From: Thermoanaerobaculia bacterium
GTDB lineage: Bacteria; Acidobacteriota; Thermoanaerobaculia; Multivoradales; UBA5704
Length of the DNA: 64,000 nt
Direction of reading: 5' to 3'
NCBI GenBank assembly: GCA_044226625.1
Contig: JBGAGQ010000017.1
Coordinates: 1-64,000, forward strand
Shown here: positions 45,979-56,577 of the stretch, one piece after another
Layout: every line of letters starts with the position of its first letter
How positions within the stretch are numbered: the first letter of the stretch is position 1
Notes under the pieces: model-generated
Database searches by the model: none
What the model was told of the DNA's origin: nothing
Seen by the model: only the letters and a program-made list of their open reading frames with translations
Made by a program: the position numbers and the translations under genes

Positions 45979-48900
45979 ATGGCGTTCAAGCGGTGGCTCT
46001 GGTCCGTCTTCTTTCCGCTGTTCGTCGCCTTGACGCTTCCCGCGTTCGGGCCGGTCACCGAGGTCGGCGCGCAGCCCGCGATTCCCTCGGGCGACATCTG
46101 CTCGGCGGACCTCCCGCTTCCCAGCGCTTTTCCCGCGAACAAGTCGGAGTACGAGATCATCCTCGGCCGCTTTTTCCGGGCGAAGTGTTACGAGAAGCTC
46201 GGTTGGCCGCACGATAAGCAGTTGCGGCCCACAGGGCCGACGGTGGCGGCGCTCGCCGCCGGAACGACCGATCCTCACATGCCGCCCGCCTGGCAGACGA
46301 CCACGCTCGGCACCCACACCACCGTGGTCATCTACTACTCGCCGGACGTCTTTCGCTGGATGTGCGAGACCGAGGCGCGGCACGATCCGAAATTCGTCGC
46401 CCAGTGCAAGGTGCGCTGCCCGACCTGCAGGCTCGAATCGGAAGGTACGGTTGCGCCGATCGCGCCGATCGCCGACGGCTCGATGATCATCAAGCTGATG
46501 TACGGCGCGACATCGGCCGAGGATCTCGAGAACCCGCAGGTGCCGACCGGCGAGGCGAACATGTTCGCCCACATGGTCAAAGACGCGAAGGCCTCGAAGG
46601 ACGGTTGGTTCTGGGGCAACTGGGATCCGCAGGCGACCGAGTTCTCGCAGCTCGACTGGCCGCCGCCGGTGAACCTGCCGTATCCGTGGATGGGCTTCGG
46701 CTACTACTGCATGAACTGCCACGCCTCGGCCAAAGCCGAGTCGACGTTCTCGGATCTCAACAACGTGCTCGGCGACCCGGACACGTTCACCAAGTTCTAT
46801 TTCCAGGACCAGCCGCCGATTCCTACGGTCGGGGCCAAAGAGCCGCCACCGATCGAGATGAAGTCGGCGCACGAGCGGTTCGAGGCGCTCCAGAACCTTC
46901 AGGCGCTCGGCACCGGCCCGCTGTGGAACGAGGTTCCCTGGCCGAACTCGGCGGTCAACCGGGTGAGCCAGCCCTCTTCGACCTATCGGCAGAGCTTCCT
47001 TTCGACCTACGGCGCGAAGCGGATCGTGCCTCCCGATTCGAAGACGATCCTGCCGCTCTACATGCCGCCTGAAGTTTACGACCACCGATTCCCCGGGCCC
47101 GTGGCGCCGCCGCCGTTCATGACCTCCGATCAGTGCGTCGGCTGCCACGCGGCGGGCTCGACCGGTATCCACTTCGACATGACGGTCCAGAAGCCCGATC
47201 AGCCGGCGTTCACCAACCTGGTGAACATCGCCGAATACGGCGAGTGGCGCAGCTCGCCGATGGGGCTCGGTGGGCGCGATCCGATCTTCTTTTCCCAGCT
47301 CGAAACGGAGCAGGCGGCGCACCCCGCGCTCGCGAAGCTCGCGCCCGACCTCTGCCTCCATTGCCACGGCGTCATGGGGCAGCGGCAGTTCTGCCTCGAC
47401 CAGTTCCCCGACCGCGAGAAAGGGAACGCCGTCTGCAACAACACGGACCTCCTGGGGTTGAACCAGGACTCGCAGCCGATCGTGCCGCGGCGCCTGTTCA
47501 CGCGCGAGCAGGTGAACGCCATCCCGTTCCGGGCGAAGACCGAACAGGACTTGCAGAACGCCAAATACGGCGGTCTCGCGCGCGACGGGATTTCGTGCAC
47601 CACCTGCCACCACATCGAGATCGATCCGAAGACTCCCATCGGCCACACCTTCACCGGCGATTTCCGGACCGGTCCGGACGACGTCCTCCACGGGCCGTTC
47701 GACAAGCCGCAGCAGGTGCCGATGGATCACACGCTCGGCAGCAAGCCGATCGAGTACCCGCTGATCCGCTCGTCGAAAGTCTGCGGTAGCTGCCACAGCG
47801 TCGTGCTCCCCGTGTTCGACGGCGACAAGCCGTGGGTGCGCCCCGGCGGCAAAAAGCCGGAGATCATCATCGAGCAGGCGACCTATCCGGAGTGGGTCTT
47901 CAGCGACTTCCGCGACGACGGGCCGACGCCGCGCTCCTGCCAGAGCTGCCACATGGCGTCCTCCTACCCGGGGCTGCCGTCGCCACTTACGAGCAAGATC
48001 GCCTCGATCCAAGAGGCGAGCAACATGCCGCAGACGGAGAACCGTCTTCCGCAGTCCGACATCGACCTCCAGCCGCGCTCGCCCTACGGCCGGCACACGC
48101 TGGTCGGTCTGAACGTCTTCTTCAACCAGTTCGCCCAGCAGTTCCCCGACATCCTCGGCATTCGGATTCAAGATCCGATGCTCGGTGGCACCGGCATCGC
48201 GCCGCTCACCACCACCTACAACTCGATGATTCAGCAGGCGGACACGGGGACCGCGACGGCGGAGGTGACGGGCGTGCGGCAGACGGCGGATGCGCTCGTG
48301 GCGGACGTCAAAGTCACGAACCTCGCCGGGCACAAATTCCCCTCCGGCGTCGGCTTCCGTCGCGCGTTCCTGACCTTCGAGGTGCTCGATTCGGCGGGCA
48401 ACGACCTTTGGATCTCCGGCCGCAGCACGGACGACGGCGTGATCGTCGGGCCGGACGGCTCGCCGATCGCGGGCGAGTTCATGTGGGGCAACGAGTGCAC
48501 ACCAGTCCCGGGCAAGGACCAGAAAACCCAGCCGCATTACGAGACGATCACCCGGCAGGATCAGGTCCAGATCTATCAGGAGCTGGTACGCGACCCGCGC
48601 GGCCGGCTCACCACGAGCTTCCTTTCGCTCGCGAACGAAGTGAAGGACAACCGCCTCCTACCGCGGGGCTGGACGCCGAGCGTCCAGCTGGCGGAGATGG
48701 ACGGCCTCGGCAGCCCCAAGCTCTCCGCCGCGGCTCTCGTCCACCGCGTGCTCCCTGACCTGCCCGACGGCAAAGGCGGGACGGTCGACGACCCCTGGTA
48801 CAAGCCGGTCTCTGAAGGGGGCAAAGGCGGGGGAGGGGACGAGCTGGTCTACGCCGTGCCGCTCAAGGATCTCAAAGGAACCGCGGTCTCCGTGCGCGTC

Positions 48901-49134
48901 ACCCTCTACTACCAGTCGATTCCGCCGTTCTACCTCCAGGACCGCTTCTGCTCGACCCCGAACCGGCCGGACACCTCACGCCTCTTCTTCCTCGCCGGGC
49001 ACACGGACCTCTCCGGAACCCGGGCCGAAGGGTGGAAGCTCTCGGTGGTCTCGTCGGGGAGGGTGGCGGTGGAAACGAAGGCGGCGTCCGTCGAGCCTCC
49101 GCGAGAAGCGAGGCGTGGGGGTGGGAGTCGGTAG
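45979..49134 (+). CDS. Large secreted multiheme cytochrome c with an N-terminal cytochrome-P460-like domain
   Basis: Six CxxCH motifs (CMNCH, CVGCH, CLHCH, CTTCH, CGSCH, CQSCH); DGSMIIK..MVKD..DGWFW; GHKFPSG, DNRLLP; GGAGG RBS. Confidence 0.85.
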   Translation: MAFKRWLWSVFFPLFVALTLPAFGPVTEVGAQPAIPSGDICSADLPLPSAFPANKSEYEIILGRFFRAKCYEKLGWPHDKQLRPTGPTVAALAAGTTDPHMPPAWQTTTLGTHTTVVIYYSPDVFRWMCETEARHDPKFVAQCKVRCPTCRLESEGTVAPIAPIADGSMIIKLMYGATSAEDLENPQVPTGEANMFAHMVKDAKASKDGWFWGNWDPQATEFSQLDWPPPVNLPYPWMGFGYYCMNCHASAKAESTFSDLNNVLGDPDTFTKFYFQDQPPIPTVGAKEPPPIEMKSAHERFEALQNLQALGTGPLWNEVPWPNSAVNRVSQPSSTYRQSFLSTYGAKRIVPPDSKTILPLYMPPEVYDHRFPGPVAPPPFMTSDQCVGCHAAGSTGIHFDMTVQKPDQPAFTNLVNIAEYGEWRSSPMGLGGRDPIFFSQLETEQAAHPALAKLAPDLCLHCHGVMGQRQFCLDQFPDREKGNAVCNNTDLLGLNQDSQPIVPRRLFTREQVNAIPFRAKTEQDLQNAKYGGLARDGISCTTCHHIEIDPKTPIGHTFTGDFRTGPDDVLHGPFDKPQQVPMDHTLGSKPIEYPLIRSSKVCGSCHSVVLPVFDGDKPWVRPGGKKPEIIIEQATYPEWVFSDFRDDGPTPRSCQSCHMASSYPGLPSPLTSKIASIQEASNMPQTENRLPQSDIDLQPRSPYGRHTLVGLNVFFNQFAQQFPDILGIRIQDPMLGGTGIAPLTTTYNSMIQQADTGTATAEVTGVRQTADALVADVKVTNLAGHKFPSGVGFRRAFLTFEVLDSAGNDLWISGRSTDDGVIVGPDGSPIAGEFMWGNECTPVPGKDQKTQPHYETITRQDQVQIYQELVRDPRGRLTTSFLSLANEVKDNRLLPRGWTPSVQLAEMDGLGSPKLSAAALVHRVLPDLPDGKGGTVDDPWYKPVSEGGKGGGGDELVYAVPLKDLKGTAVSVRVTLYYQSIPPFYLQDRFCSTPNRPDTSRLFFLAGHTDLSGTRAEGWKLSVVSSGRVAVETKAASVEPPREARRGGGSR

Positions 49135-49248
49135 GACCCGGAGTGGATCGTAGGGGCGGAGCTGCCTCCGCCCCTCCTCCCGACGTAATCGATCGTTGGT
49201 TCGTCGGCGGCAGAGAGGCGCTGTCGGCGAGAGCTTCACGCGCAGCAT

Positions 49249-49495
49249 CGGCCCAACGGGCCGAAAGAATCCAGCCCAGGGCTGAGGCCGAAGGCCAATG
49301 CCCTGGGTGGAAAGGCATCAGGTGCGGCGGCCTGAAAGGCCGCTAGATCGATGGCGGCGAAAGGCCCACCCGCGGAGCGCGCAATTGCGCCCCGTCTAGC
49401 GGCCTTTCAGGCCGCGGGAATTTGTGGTCTTTCGGTCCCAGGGCATCGGCCTTCGGCCTCAGCCCTGGGCTAGATTCTGCCGGCCCGTTGGGCCG
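49249..49495. repeat. Long imperfect inverted repeat (REP/REPIN- or MITE-like) built from small palindromes
   Basis: Left arm CGGCCCAACGGGCCG..AGCCCAGGGCTGAGGCCGAAGGCC.ATGCCCTGGG..GCGGCCTGAAAGGCCGCTAGA (49249-49347) is mirrored at 49395-49495. Confidence 0.8.
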
Positions 49496-49690
49496 GTTCA
49501 CTGCGGCCGACCCACGGCGTCGAGCCCGGCGTGATCCGTATCACGATGTCGTCGCCTTGGGCGATCTGCGGCCCGGAGGGCCCGTCCTGGCACCCCGCCG
49601 ACGACCTGGTGCTGGCCGTGCTGTACAAGTTCCTCAAGGATTGCAGGGCTCTTGGCGGTGCACTCCGTTCGGACGGTGGGCGCGACGGCC

Positions 49691-50455
49691 TCAGCCGGAG
49701 AACAGCACGCTCAGGCAGGTGACGCTCCCCTCCGCCTTCTGAAGCTCCGAGACGTCGACGGTGACGATCTCCGCGCCACGCTCGGCGAGGAGGTGGCGTG
49801 TGTGAGGGAAGCCCGCGGGGAGGAGTACGCGGTCGGCGAGTGTGAGGGTGTTTGCGCCCCACGGTTCGTCGTCGGGGAGCGCGACGACTTCTCCATGGAG
49901 AGTGGACGTGTCCACCCAAGCGGGATTCGCAAGGAAGAACCCGGCCGCGTAGGTGACTCCCGTCTTGAGGTGGAGGCAGTCGGTGAGCGGGACCGATACC
50001 ACCGCATAACCGTACGGGCGAAGCGCCACGGCGAGCGCCTCGTGCGCCTCCGGATTGGTGCGGGCGGAGCGTCCGACATAGAGGGTTTTGCCGACCCGGA
50101 GGACGTCGCCCCCTTCGAGCCGTGCTTCCGGCGGCAGGTGGAGGAGCGGCCGGTAGCGGCCGACGGATTCAGCGACGCTTTCGACCTCGCCTTCGCGGCT
50201 CGGAGCGCCCGGGTGGCCGACGATCGCGAGCTCGTCCAGGACGACGATCGGATCTTCGACGAAGACCGCGTCGGGCTGGTCGGGGAGATCCGGGAGCCAT
50301 TCGATCTCGTACCCCGCCGCCTCGAGCGCGGCGACGTACGCCCGATGTTGCGCGGCGGCCTTCGGCAGGTCGATCGACTCACGGTTGCGAAACGAAAGCT
50401 CGCAGTCGGCGAGCGACCGGCTGACGGGACGGACGATCGCGTGAAGGCTCGTCAT
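49691..50455 (-). CDS. Dimethylarginine dimethylaminohydrolase (amidinotransferase family)
   Basis: PDAVFVED, SREGE, LEGGDV, LHLKTG, SELQKAEGSVTCLS. Confidence 0.9.
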   Translation of the reverse strand: MTSLHAIVRPVSRSLADCELSFRNRESIDLPKAAAQHRAYVAALEAAGYEIEWLPDLPDQPDAVFVEDPIVVLDELAIVGHPGAPSREGEVESVAESVGRYRPLLHLPPEARLEGGDVLRVGKTLYVGRSARTNPEAHEALAVALRPYGYAVVSVPLTDCLHLKTGVTYAAGFFLANPAWVDTSTLHGEVVALPDDEPWGANTLTLADRVLLPAGFPHTRHLLAERGAEIVTVDVSELQKAEGSVTCLSVLFSG

Positions 50456-50461
50456 CTCGAC

Positions 50462-51109
50462 TCAGCGTTTCTTCCGGCCGCGTGCGGACCCGGGCCGAGA
50501 GGACGGAGCCGGGACGGGCTCTAACCGTTCCCCGCGAAGATCGGCGAGATAGAAACCCGCCCAGAGGAGGAACGGCAGGCCGAGCTTGAAAGGGAGGTCC
50601 AATAGGTGCTTCAAGAGGCCGTAGAAATTCTGGGCGAACGCACCATAGTGGGCGGCGCTCCAGGCGCCGAGTCCCGTCGCGTATTCGGCCTTGACGATCA
50701 AGAAGACGAGCAAAATGTCGAACAGCACGGTGATGCCGATCGCCCAGGCGAGGTTCTCGAGCTTCCGCCGCCACGGGACGCCGGGGATCGCGAGGAACAG
50801 CGTACCGACGAGGATCAGGTGGAAGTGGACGTCGGTGACCTGGAAGCCGTGGACGAGGCTTTTCGACGGCGGAAAGTCGCGCCGCTGGACGAACGCCGAG
50901 TCGCGGTCGCGCGGCAGGAGGTTCGTGGCGTCCGGGCTCTCGGTGAGGTGGAGGAGCGACTGAGCGCCTCCCAAGAGCAGCCGGTTGTAGAGCGGTGTGG
51001 CGAGGAACCAGACGACCGCGACCGGCACGATCAGCAGCAGGAGATTCCGCACGAATCCCGGCAGTTGGGGCCGGGCGGCGGCTTCGAGATCGCCGATGGG
51101 CTCGGTCAT
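50462..51109 (-). CDS. Exosortase H-associated membrane protein
   Basis: Multi-TM protein (LFLAIPG.PWRRK, LPFLLW) immediately downstream of xrtH. Confidence 0.65.
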   Translation of the reverse strand: MTEPIGDLEAAARPQLPGFVRNLLLLIVPVAVVWFLATPLYNRLLLGGAQSLLHLTESPDATNLLPRDRDSAFVQRRDFPPSKSLVHGFQVTDVHFHLILVGTLFLAIPGVPWRRKLENLAWAIGITVLFDILLVFLIVKAEYATGLGAWSAAHYGAFAQNFYGLLKHLLDLPFKLGLPFLLWAGFYLADLRGERLEPVPAPSSRPGSARGRKKR

Positions 51110-51153
51110 ACGGTCAACGCTCGCGTCGTTCCGTTGAAACGGCGACCGGTCCG

Positions 51154-51711
51154 TTAGGCCGCGCTCTCGCCCGAGGCCGCCGGGTGGGGAAGGCGGTTCG
51201 CCCAGTAGATCCAGAGCAGGACGCTCGCGAGGATGACCACCGTCTGCCAGATCACCGTATGCGACGCGTTGAAGATCTTGGGGAAGTAGACGCCGGTGAG
51301 GTAGAGGGCGACCACGCGCACCAGGTTGATCGCCTGGATCGCGACGATACCGAGGATTAGACCTTTGAGCTTCGATTTCCAAGGCGCGGGAAAGGCGAGG
51401 ACGGCGGCGAGGAAGATCAGCATCGCCTCCACCCCGTTGCAGCCGTTCTTGATGTTCACCGAGAAGCGTTTGCCGTGGATCAGCGTCCCCTCCTGCGTCA
51501 CTCCCTGGCCGATCGCCTTGAGCACCCCGGCGCTCGCCGAAGCGACTCCGCCGGTGAAGGGCTCGATCGCGTGGTCGTTTACCCAGTTTAGCGAGATCAG
51601 GGCGAAGCTCGCTCCGAGGATCACCGCGAACAGGACGAGAAAACGGATCTCGCGTCGGTTTTTCTGGAAGAAGCCCTGGGTCGAGCTCGAGTCCGTGGGG
51701 GAGGTGGTCAT
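51154..51711 (-). CDS. xrtH: Exosortase H
   Basis: Cys-Arg-His triad in GCNGVEA, NLVRV, SHTVIWQ; AVLAFPAPW. Confidence 0.87.
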   Translation of the reverse strand: MTTSPTDSSSTQGFFQKNRREIRFLVLFAVILGASFALISLNWVNDHAIEPFTGGVASASAGVLKAIGQGVTQEGTLIHGKRFSVNIKNGCNGVEAMLIFLAAVLAFPAPWKSKLKGLILGIVAIQAINLVRVVALYLTGVYFPKIFNASHTVIWQTVVILASVLLWIYWANRLPHPAASGESAA

Positions 51712-51855
51712 GCGACGTGATTCTCCAGAAAAAGGCCATTCCTCGGCCGGTTCACCCTCCGCGTTCCCTCTGCCCGCGGTTCAGCCGCGGTGGGGCCGCG
51801 AGGGGACAGCCGCTTGAATTCGAACCCGGTGGATTCTATCGCTAGAGGCCTCGGT

Positions 51856-51885
51856 TTGACCTTCCGCCCTGGGCCGCCATATCCT
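51856..51885 (+). promoter_or_regulatory. Putative sigma70 promoter of pyrRBC
   Basis: TTGACC-N18-TATCCT, ending 18 nt upstream of the pyrR ATG. Confidence 0.45.
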
Positions 51886-51903
51886 CCGCCGGGTTCCAAC
51901 GAC

Positions 51904-52464
51904 ATGCAGAAAGCTCTCACCCCGAAAGCGACGATCCTCGAAGCCCCTGAAATGGCGCGGATCGTCCGTCGGATGGCGGGGGAGATCGCGGAGAAGAACC
52001 GCGGCGTCAAGGACCTCCTTCTGATCGGCATCCGCACGCGCGGCGTGCCGCTCGCCGAGTCGCTCGCCCAGGAGATCGGCCGGATGGAGGGGCACGCGGT
52101 TCCGACCGGCGTGCTCGACATCACCCTCTACCGGGACGACCTGTCGACGATCGGGCAGCACCCCCTGGTCAAAGAGACCCACCTGCCGCCGATCGACGGC
52201 GCGGTCGTGGTCCTTTGCGACGACGTGCTCTATACCGGGCGGACCGTGCGCGCCGCCCTCGATCATCTGGTCGACTACGGCCGGCCGCGCGCCGTGCAGC
52301 TTGCCGTGCTGGTCGACCGGGGGCACCGGGAGCTGCCGATCCAGGCGGATTTCGTCGGCCGCGTCGTGCCGACCTCGGCCGACGAGGTGGTCGAGGTCGC
52401 TTTCCCGTCGACTGACGGCGGTGCCGAGCAGGTCCGCATCCTCGAACGGACCTCCGCTTCCTGA
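51904..52464 (+). CDS. pyrR: PyrR / uracil phosphoribosyltransferase
   Basis: [38 protein letters not shown]. Confidence 0.95.
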   Translation: MQKALTPKATILEAPEMARIVRRMAGEIAEKNRGVKDLLLIGIRTRGVPLAESLAQEIGRMEGHAVPTGVLDITLYRDDLSTIGQHPLVKETHLPPIDGAVVVLCDDVLYTGRTVRAALDHLVDYGRPRAVQLAVLVDRGHRELPIQADFVGRVVPTSADEVVEVAFPSTDGGAEQVRILERTSAS

Positions 52465-53426
52465 TGTCGACCGAAACGCCCCCTTCGCCGGTTCGCTGGA
52501 CCCGGAAGGACCTGCTCGGGATCGCCGAGCTGTCGCCGGAGGAGATCCAGCTGATCCTGGATACGGCGCTCTCGCTCCAGGCGATCGAGAAGCGGCCGAT
52601 CAAGAAGGTCCCGACGCTCCGCGGAAAGACGGTGATCAACCTCTTCTTCGAGGCGTCGACCCGAACCCGGTCGAGCTTCGAGATCGCGGAGAAGCGCCTC
52701 TCGGCCGATACGCTCAACTTCTCGGCCTCCGGTTCCGCGCTCGAGAAGGGCGAGAGCCTGATCGACACGGCGCTCAACCTCGAAGCGATGGCGCCGGATA
52801 TGATCGTGATCCGGCACAAACATCCGGGAGCTCCCCACCTGCTCGCCCGGCGCCTCAAATCGGGGGTGGTGAATGCCGGCGACGGCGCGCACGAGCACCC
52901 GACCCAGGCGCTGCTCGACGCGTTCACGATCCTCCAGAAGAAGGGGCGGATCGCGGGGCTCAAGGTGGCGATCGTCGGTGACATCGGCCATAGCCGCGTG
53001 GTGCGCTCGAACGTCCACCTGCTCACCAAGCTCGGCGCGCGCGTGGTGGTCGCCGGCCCGCGGACGCTGATGCCGGTCGAGATGGAGAAGATGGGAGTCG
53101 AGGTCTGCTACTCGCTCGACGAGGCGTTGCGCGACGCCGACGTGGTGATGATGTTGCGCATCCAGATCGAGAGGGGAGGCGGTACGGCTTTCCCGTCGGT
53201 CCGCGAATATTTCCAGATGTTCGGCCTGTCCAAGGCGCGCCTGTCGCTCGCCAAGGACGACGCGATCATCATGCACCCCGGGCCGATGAACCGCGGGGTG
53301 GAGATTTCGAGCGAGGTGGCGGACGGTCCCTGGTCGGTGATCCTCGAACAGGTGGCCAACGGGGTCGCGGTCCGAATGGCGGTGCTCTACCTGCTGTCCG
53401 GCGCGCATGAGGAGATCGGTCGATGA
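52464..53426 (+). CDS. pyrB: Aspartate carbamoyltransferase catalytic subunit
   Basis: [31 protein letters not shown]. Confidence 0.97.
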   Translation: MSTETPPSPVRWTRKDLLGIAELSPEEIQLILDTALSLQAIEKRPIKKVPTLRGKTVINLFFEASTRTRSSFEIAEKRLSADTLNFSASGSALEKGESLIDTALNLEAMAPDMIVIRHKHPGAPHLLARRLKSGVVNAGDGAHEHPTQALLDAFTILQKKGRIAGLKVAIVGDIGHSRVVRSNVHLLTKLGARVVVAGPRTLMPVEMEKMGVEVCYSLDEALRDADVVMMLRIQIERGGGTAFPSVREYFQMFGLSKARLSLAKDDAIIMHPGPMNRGVEISSEVADGPWSVILEQVANGVAVRMAVLYLLSGAHEEIGR

Positions 53427-54706
53427 GCAGGGCGTTGATCCAGGGAGGTCGTCTGGTCGATCCGAGCCAGGGGCTCGACGGGCGGCTCGACCTGTTGATC
53501 GAGGACGGCGTGGTGGCACGGATCGACGAGCGGATCGAACCGCTGGAAGGCGTCGAGCCGTTCGACGCCACCGGCCTGGTTGTCTCGCCCGGTCTGATCG
53601 ACATCCACGTCCACCTGCGCGAGCCGGGCTTCGAATACAAAGAGACCGTTCAAACGGGGACCCGCGCGGCGGCGGCCGGCGGGTTCACTTCCGTCGCCTG
53701 CATGGCGAATACCGATCCGGTGCACGACAATCGCTCGGTCACCGGCCACATCCTCTCGGAAGCCGAGCGCTGGGGTTACGCGCGGGTCTATCCGATCGGC
53801 GCAATCAGCAAGGGGCTGCTGGGCGTCGAGCTCGCCGAGATCGGCGAGATGGTAAACGCCGGCGCGGTCGCGGTGTCGGACGACGGCAAGCCCGTGATGA
53901 ACGCCGAGCTGATGCGCCGGGCGTTGCTCTACGCCCAGCATTTCGGCATCCCGGTGATCCAGCACGCCGAGGACCTGCATCTTTCGGGCAAAGGCGTGAT
54001 GCACGAAGGGGAGTGGTCGACCCGGCTCGGCCTCGAAGGAATTCCGGGATCGGCCGAGGACGTGATGGTCGCGCGCGACCTGATCCTCCTCGAAGATTCG
54101 GGCGGCCGCTACCACGTGGCGCACCTCTCCACCGCGCGAAGCCTGGAGCTCGTGCGGCGCGCGAAGGCCAAGGGCATTCCGGTCACCTGCGAGGTGACAC
54201 CCCACCATCTCGTGCTCACCGACGAAGAGGTGGCGAAGACCTCGTTCTCCACCCAGACCAAGATGAAGCCGCCGCTCCGCTCCGAGCGCGATCGCGTGGC
54301 CATGATCGAGGGGCTGGTCGACGGTACGATCGACGCGATCGCCTCGGATCACGCGCCGCATCACGCCGACGAGAAAGAAGTCGAGTACAACTGCGCCCCG
54401 TTCGGCATCCTGGGCCTTGAGACGACCCTGCCGCTCTGCCTCACCCGTCTGGTCCACGCCGGGGTGATCTCGCTCTCCCGCTTCGTCGAGCTGCTCACCA
54501 TCGGCCCGGCTAAAGCGCTGAACCTCCCCGTCGGCTCGCTCGCGCCAGGGAAACCCGCCGACGTGACGATCTTCGACCCCGACCGTGAAGTCGTGATCGA
54601 GCCCGAATCCTTCCGCAGCAAGAGCCGCAACACCCCTTTCGGAGGCTGGAAGCTCAAGGGAGCGCCGGTCGCAACGTTTCTCTCGGGGCGGCGGGTCGTC
54701 CTGTAA
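53423..54706 (+). CDS. pyrC: Dihydroorotase
   Basis: [24 protein letters not shown]. Confidence 0.96.
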   Translation: MSRALIQGGRLVDPSQGLDGRLDLLIEDGVVARIDERIEPLEGVEPFDATGLVVSPGLIDIHVHLREPGFEYKETVQTGTRAAAAGGFTSVACMANTDPVHDNRSVTGHILSEAERWGYARVYPIGAISKGLLGVELAEIGEMVNAGAVAVSDDGKPVMNAELMRRALLYAQHFGIPVIQHAEDLHLSGKGVMHEGEWSTRLGLEGIPGSAEDVMVARDLILLEDSGGRYHVAHLSTARSLELVRRAKAKGIPVTCEVTPHHLVLTDEEVAKTSFSTQTKMKPPLRSERDRVAMIEGLVDGTIDAIASDHAPHHADEKEVEYNCAPFGILGLETTLPLCLTRLVHAGVISLSRFVELLTIGPAKALNLPVGSLAPGKPADVTIFDPDREVVIEPESFRSKSRNTPFGGWKLKGAPVATFLSGRRVVL

Positions 54707-54909
54707 CCGATAGATTTTTCGTAGAGCAGCATCTCCGCGCGGCGGCATCGCCGGGCGCCCTCTGTCCCGCTGTTCACTCTGAAGGCTGCCGGGATTGAGG
54801 TTCAAGAACGGGGACCTGCCCGAGCTGGCGCGTGCGGGAGAAGCCCTGTTGGACGAGTAGTCCGGTAAAGCACCAGACATTCCAGGCCTCTCGACTTCTA
54901 AGGTCGATG

Positions 54910-56487
54910 TCAGACCTGTCGCGGTAACCGCACCTCGATCGTCGCCCCACCCATCCGTCCAGAGAGGGCGCGGACGTTACCTCCGTAGCCTTCGACGATC
55001 GCGCGGACGATGGCGAGGCCGAGGCCGGAGTGGGCGCTTGCGGCGCGGCCTTCGGGGCGGGAGGAGAAGAAGCGTTCGAAGACGCGTTCGCGGTCGGCCT
55101 CCGGGATTCCTGGGCCCTGGTCGGAGATTTCGACGCCGACTTGGGTGTCGGAGGAGCGAAGTCGGATCGCGATCGTTCCCTGCGGCGGCGAGAAGCTCGC
55201 GGCGTTGTCGAGGAGGTTTTCGAACGCCTGGGCAAGGCGATCGGGGCTCGCGCGGGTCCAGTGCTTCTCGTCGGGGATGTCCAGCTCGAACCGTAGCGTC
55301 GGATAGCGCAGCTTGAATCCTTCGACCAGGCCGGCGAGGAGATCGCTCAACACCAGTCGCTCGGTCGGCTCGGCCTCGAGGCGGGCGTCGATCGCGGTGA
55401 TCTCGGCGACGCTTCCGAGCAATCGTTCGAGGCGGGAGATCTCGGCGAGGGCCAGGTGAGAGAGCCGGACCCGCTCGGCGGGCTCGCTTTCGCCGTCGAG
55501 CAGCTCGATCGCGTTGCGGATCGCCGCGAGCGGGTTCTTGAACTCGTGCGCCACGTCGGCTGCGAACGATTCGATGAAGCCAAGGTGCCCTTGGAGACGC
55601 GCGGTGAGCGCTTCGAGCGCGCGAGCGAGCTCGCCGATCTCGTCCCGCCGTTTCGATCCTCGGAACCGGCCGCGCAGTCGGCCGCGGCGGTCGACCAAGT
55701 CGGCGGCCTGGGACGAAAGCTGTGCCACCGGCCGGCTGATCGTCGTCGCGAGCAGGAAGGAGAGGAGGATCGCCGCACCGATCGAGACGAGAAGGATTTC
55801 GAAGATCCGGAGGCGCACCGCGTAGAGAGAGCGCAGTACGCGCACGGTCGATTGGGTGACGACGACGGCGCCGATCACTTTCCCGCCTCCCCGAATCGGA
55901 ATCGCGCTGTGCAGGGTGAGCGACCGTTGGCCGGGCGAACGCTCGACCCCTCCGCCGTAGCGGCCGGAGAGCGCGGCGGAGAGCGCCGTGGCGAGGCCGC
56001 TCTTCCGGGTCTCGGCACGCGGCGATCGCGTCGAGGGCGCCGCGTTCCGGGCCGCGAAGAGCGGCTCGGTGAAGCGGAAGATCGCCGCCCCCAGGCGGTA
56101 GACGAGGCTGCGCCGCTCGGGAGAGTCGCGCGCTGCCTCTCCTCCCGGATCGCTCGCATAGCGATCGGCGGGCGGCGGCTTCGCAGGAGCGCCCCGGCTC
56201 GAATCCGCGAGCAAGCCGCGGGCGTCGTAGACGCGCAGGCGGCTTTCGGTCCGCGCTTCGAGCCGGCCGAGCAACGCCCCGGCGTCGGTCGGTGTCAGCT
56301 CGGCCCTCCCGCCGAGCGCGGCCGAGACGAGACGCCCCTGCTGCACCATGGCCTTCTCCTGCTGGGTGAGCAGTTCCCGTTCGTAGAGGTCGAGGTAGAA
56401 CAGGCCCGAAACGGGGAGGAACACGAGCAGAAGGTTGAACAGGAGCAGCCGCGTCGAGAGGCGCGACACCAGGCGCGGTCGCATCAT
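54910..56487 (-). CDS. ChvG-like sensor histidine kinase (HAMP-HisKA-HATPase)
   Basis: RLLLFNLL..LFYL N-terminus; DEIGELA; DVAHEFKNPL; NLLDNA; DQGPGI; GLGLAIV. Confidence 0.9.
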   Translation of the reverse strand: MMRPRLVSRLSTRLLLFNLLLVFLPVSGLFYLDLYERELLTQQEKAMVQQGRLVSAALGGRAELTPTDAGALLGRLEARTESRLRVYDARGLLADSSRGAPAKPPPADRYASDPGGEAARDSPERRSLVYRLGAAIFRFTEPLFAARNAAPSTRSPRAETRKSGLATALSAALSGRYGGGVERSPGQRSLTLHSAIPIRGGGKVIGAVVVTQSTVRVLRSLYAVRLRIFEILLVSIGAAILLSFLLATTISRPVAQLSSQAADLVDRRGRLRGRFRGSKRRDEIGELARALEALTARLQGHLGFIESFAADVAHEFKNPLAAIRNAIELLDGESEPAERVRLSHLALAEISRLERLLGSVAEITAIDARLEAEPTERLVLSDLLAGLVEGFKLRYPTLRFELDIPDEKHWTRASPDRLAQAFENLLDNAASFSPPQGTIAIRLRSSDTQVGVEISDQGPGIPEADRERVFERFFSSRPEGRAASAHSGLGLAIVRAIVEGYGGNVRALSGRMGGATIEVRLPRQV

Positions 56488-56577
56488 GCCCGGCCTCGGA
56501 AGCTCACGCGGTTGACGGCAGACGATCGGTTGGTGCGGCTCGCCTGATGACTCATCGGAGGTCGCGCAACCGGCGGG

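Noticed and set aside
49531-49722. Short ORF with the protein-like segment WHPADDLVLAVLYKFLKD
   Set aside because: No clear RBS, overlaps the DDAH end, and no recognisable family; at most a gene remnant.
54730-54845. Possible structured ncRNA (GAGGTTCAAG...GGCGCGTGCGGG resembles a 6S RNA 3' end; the ends can pair)
   Set aside because: Only about 115 nt, lacks a complementary TTGAACC arm, and pairing is easy to find in GC-rich DNA; an Rfam scan would be needed.
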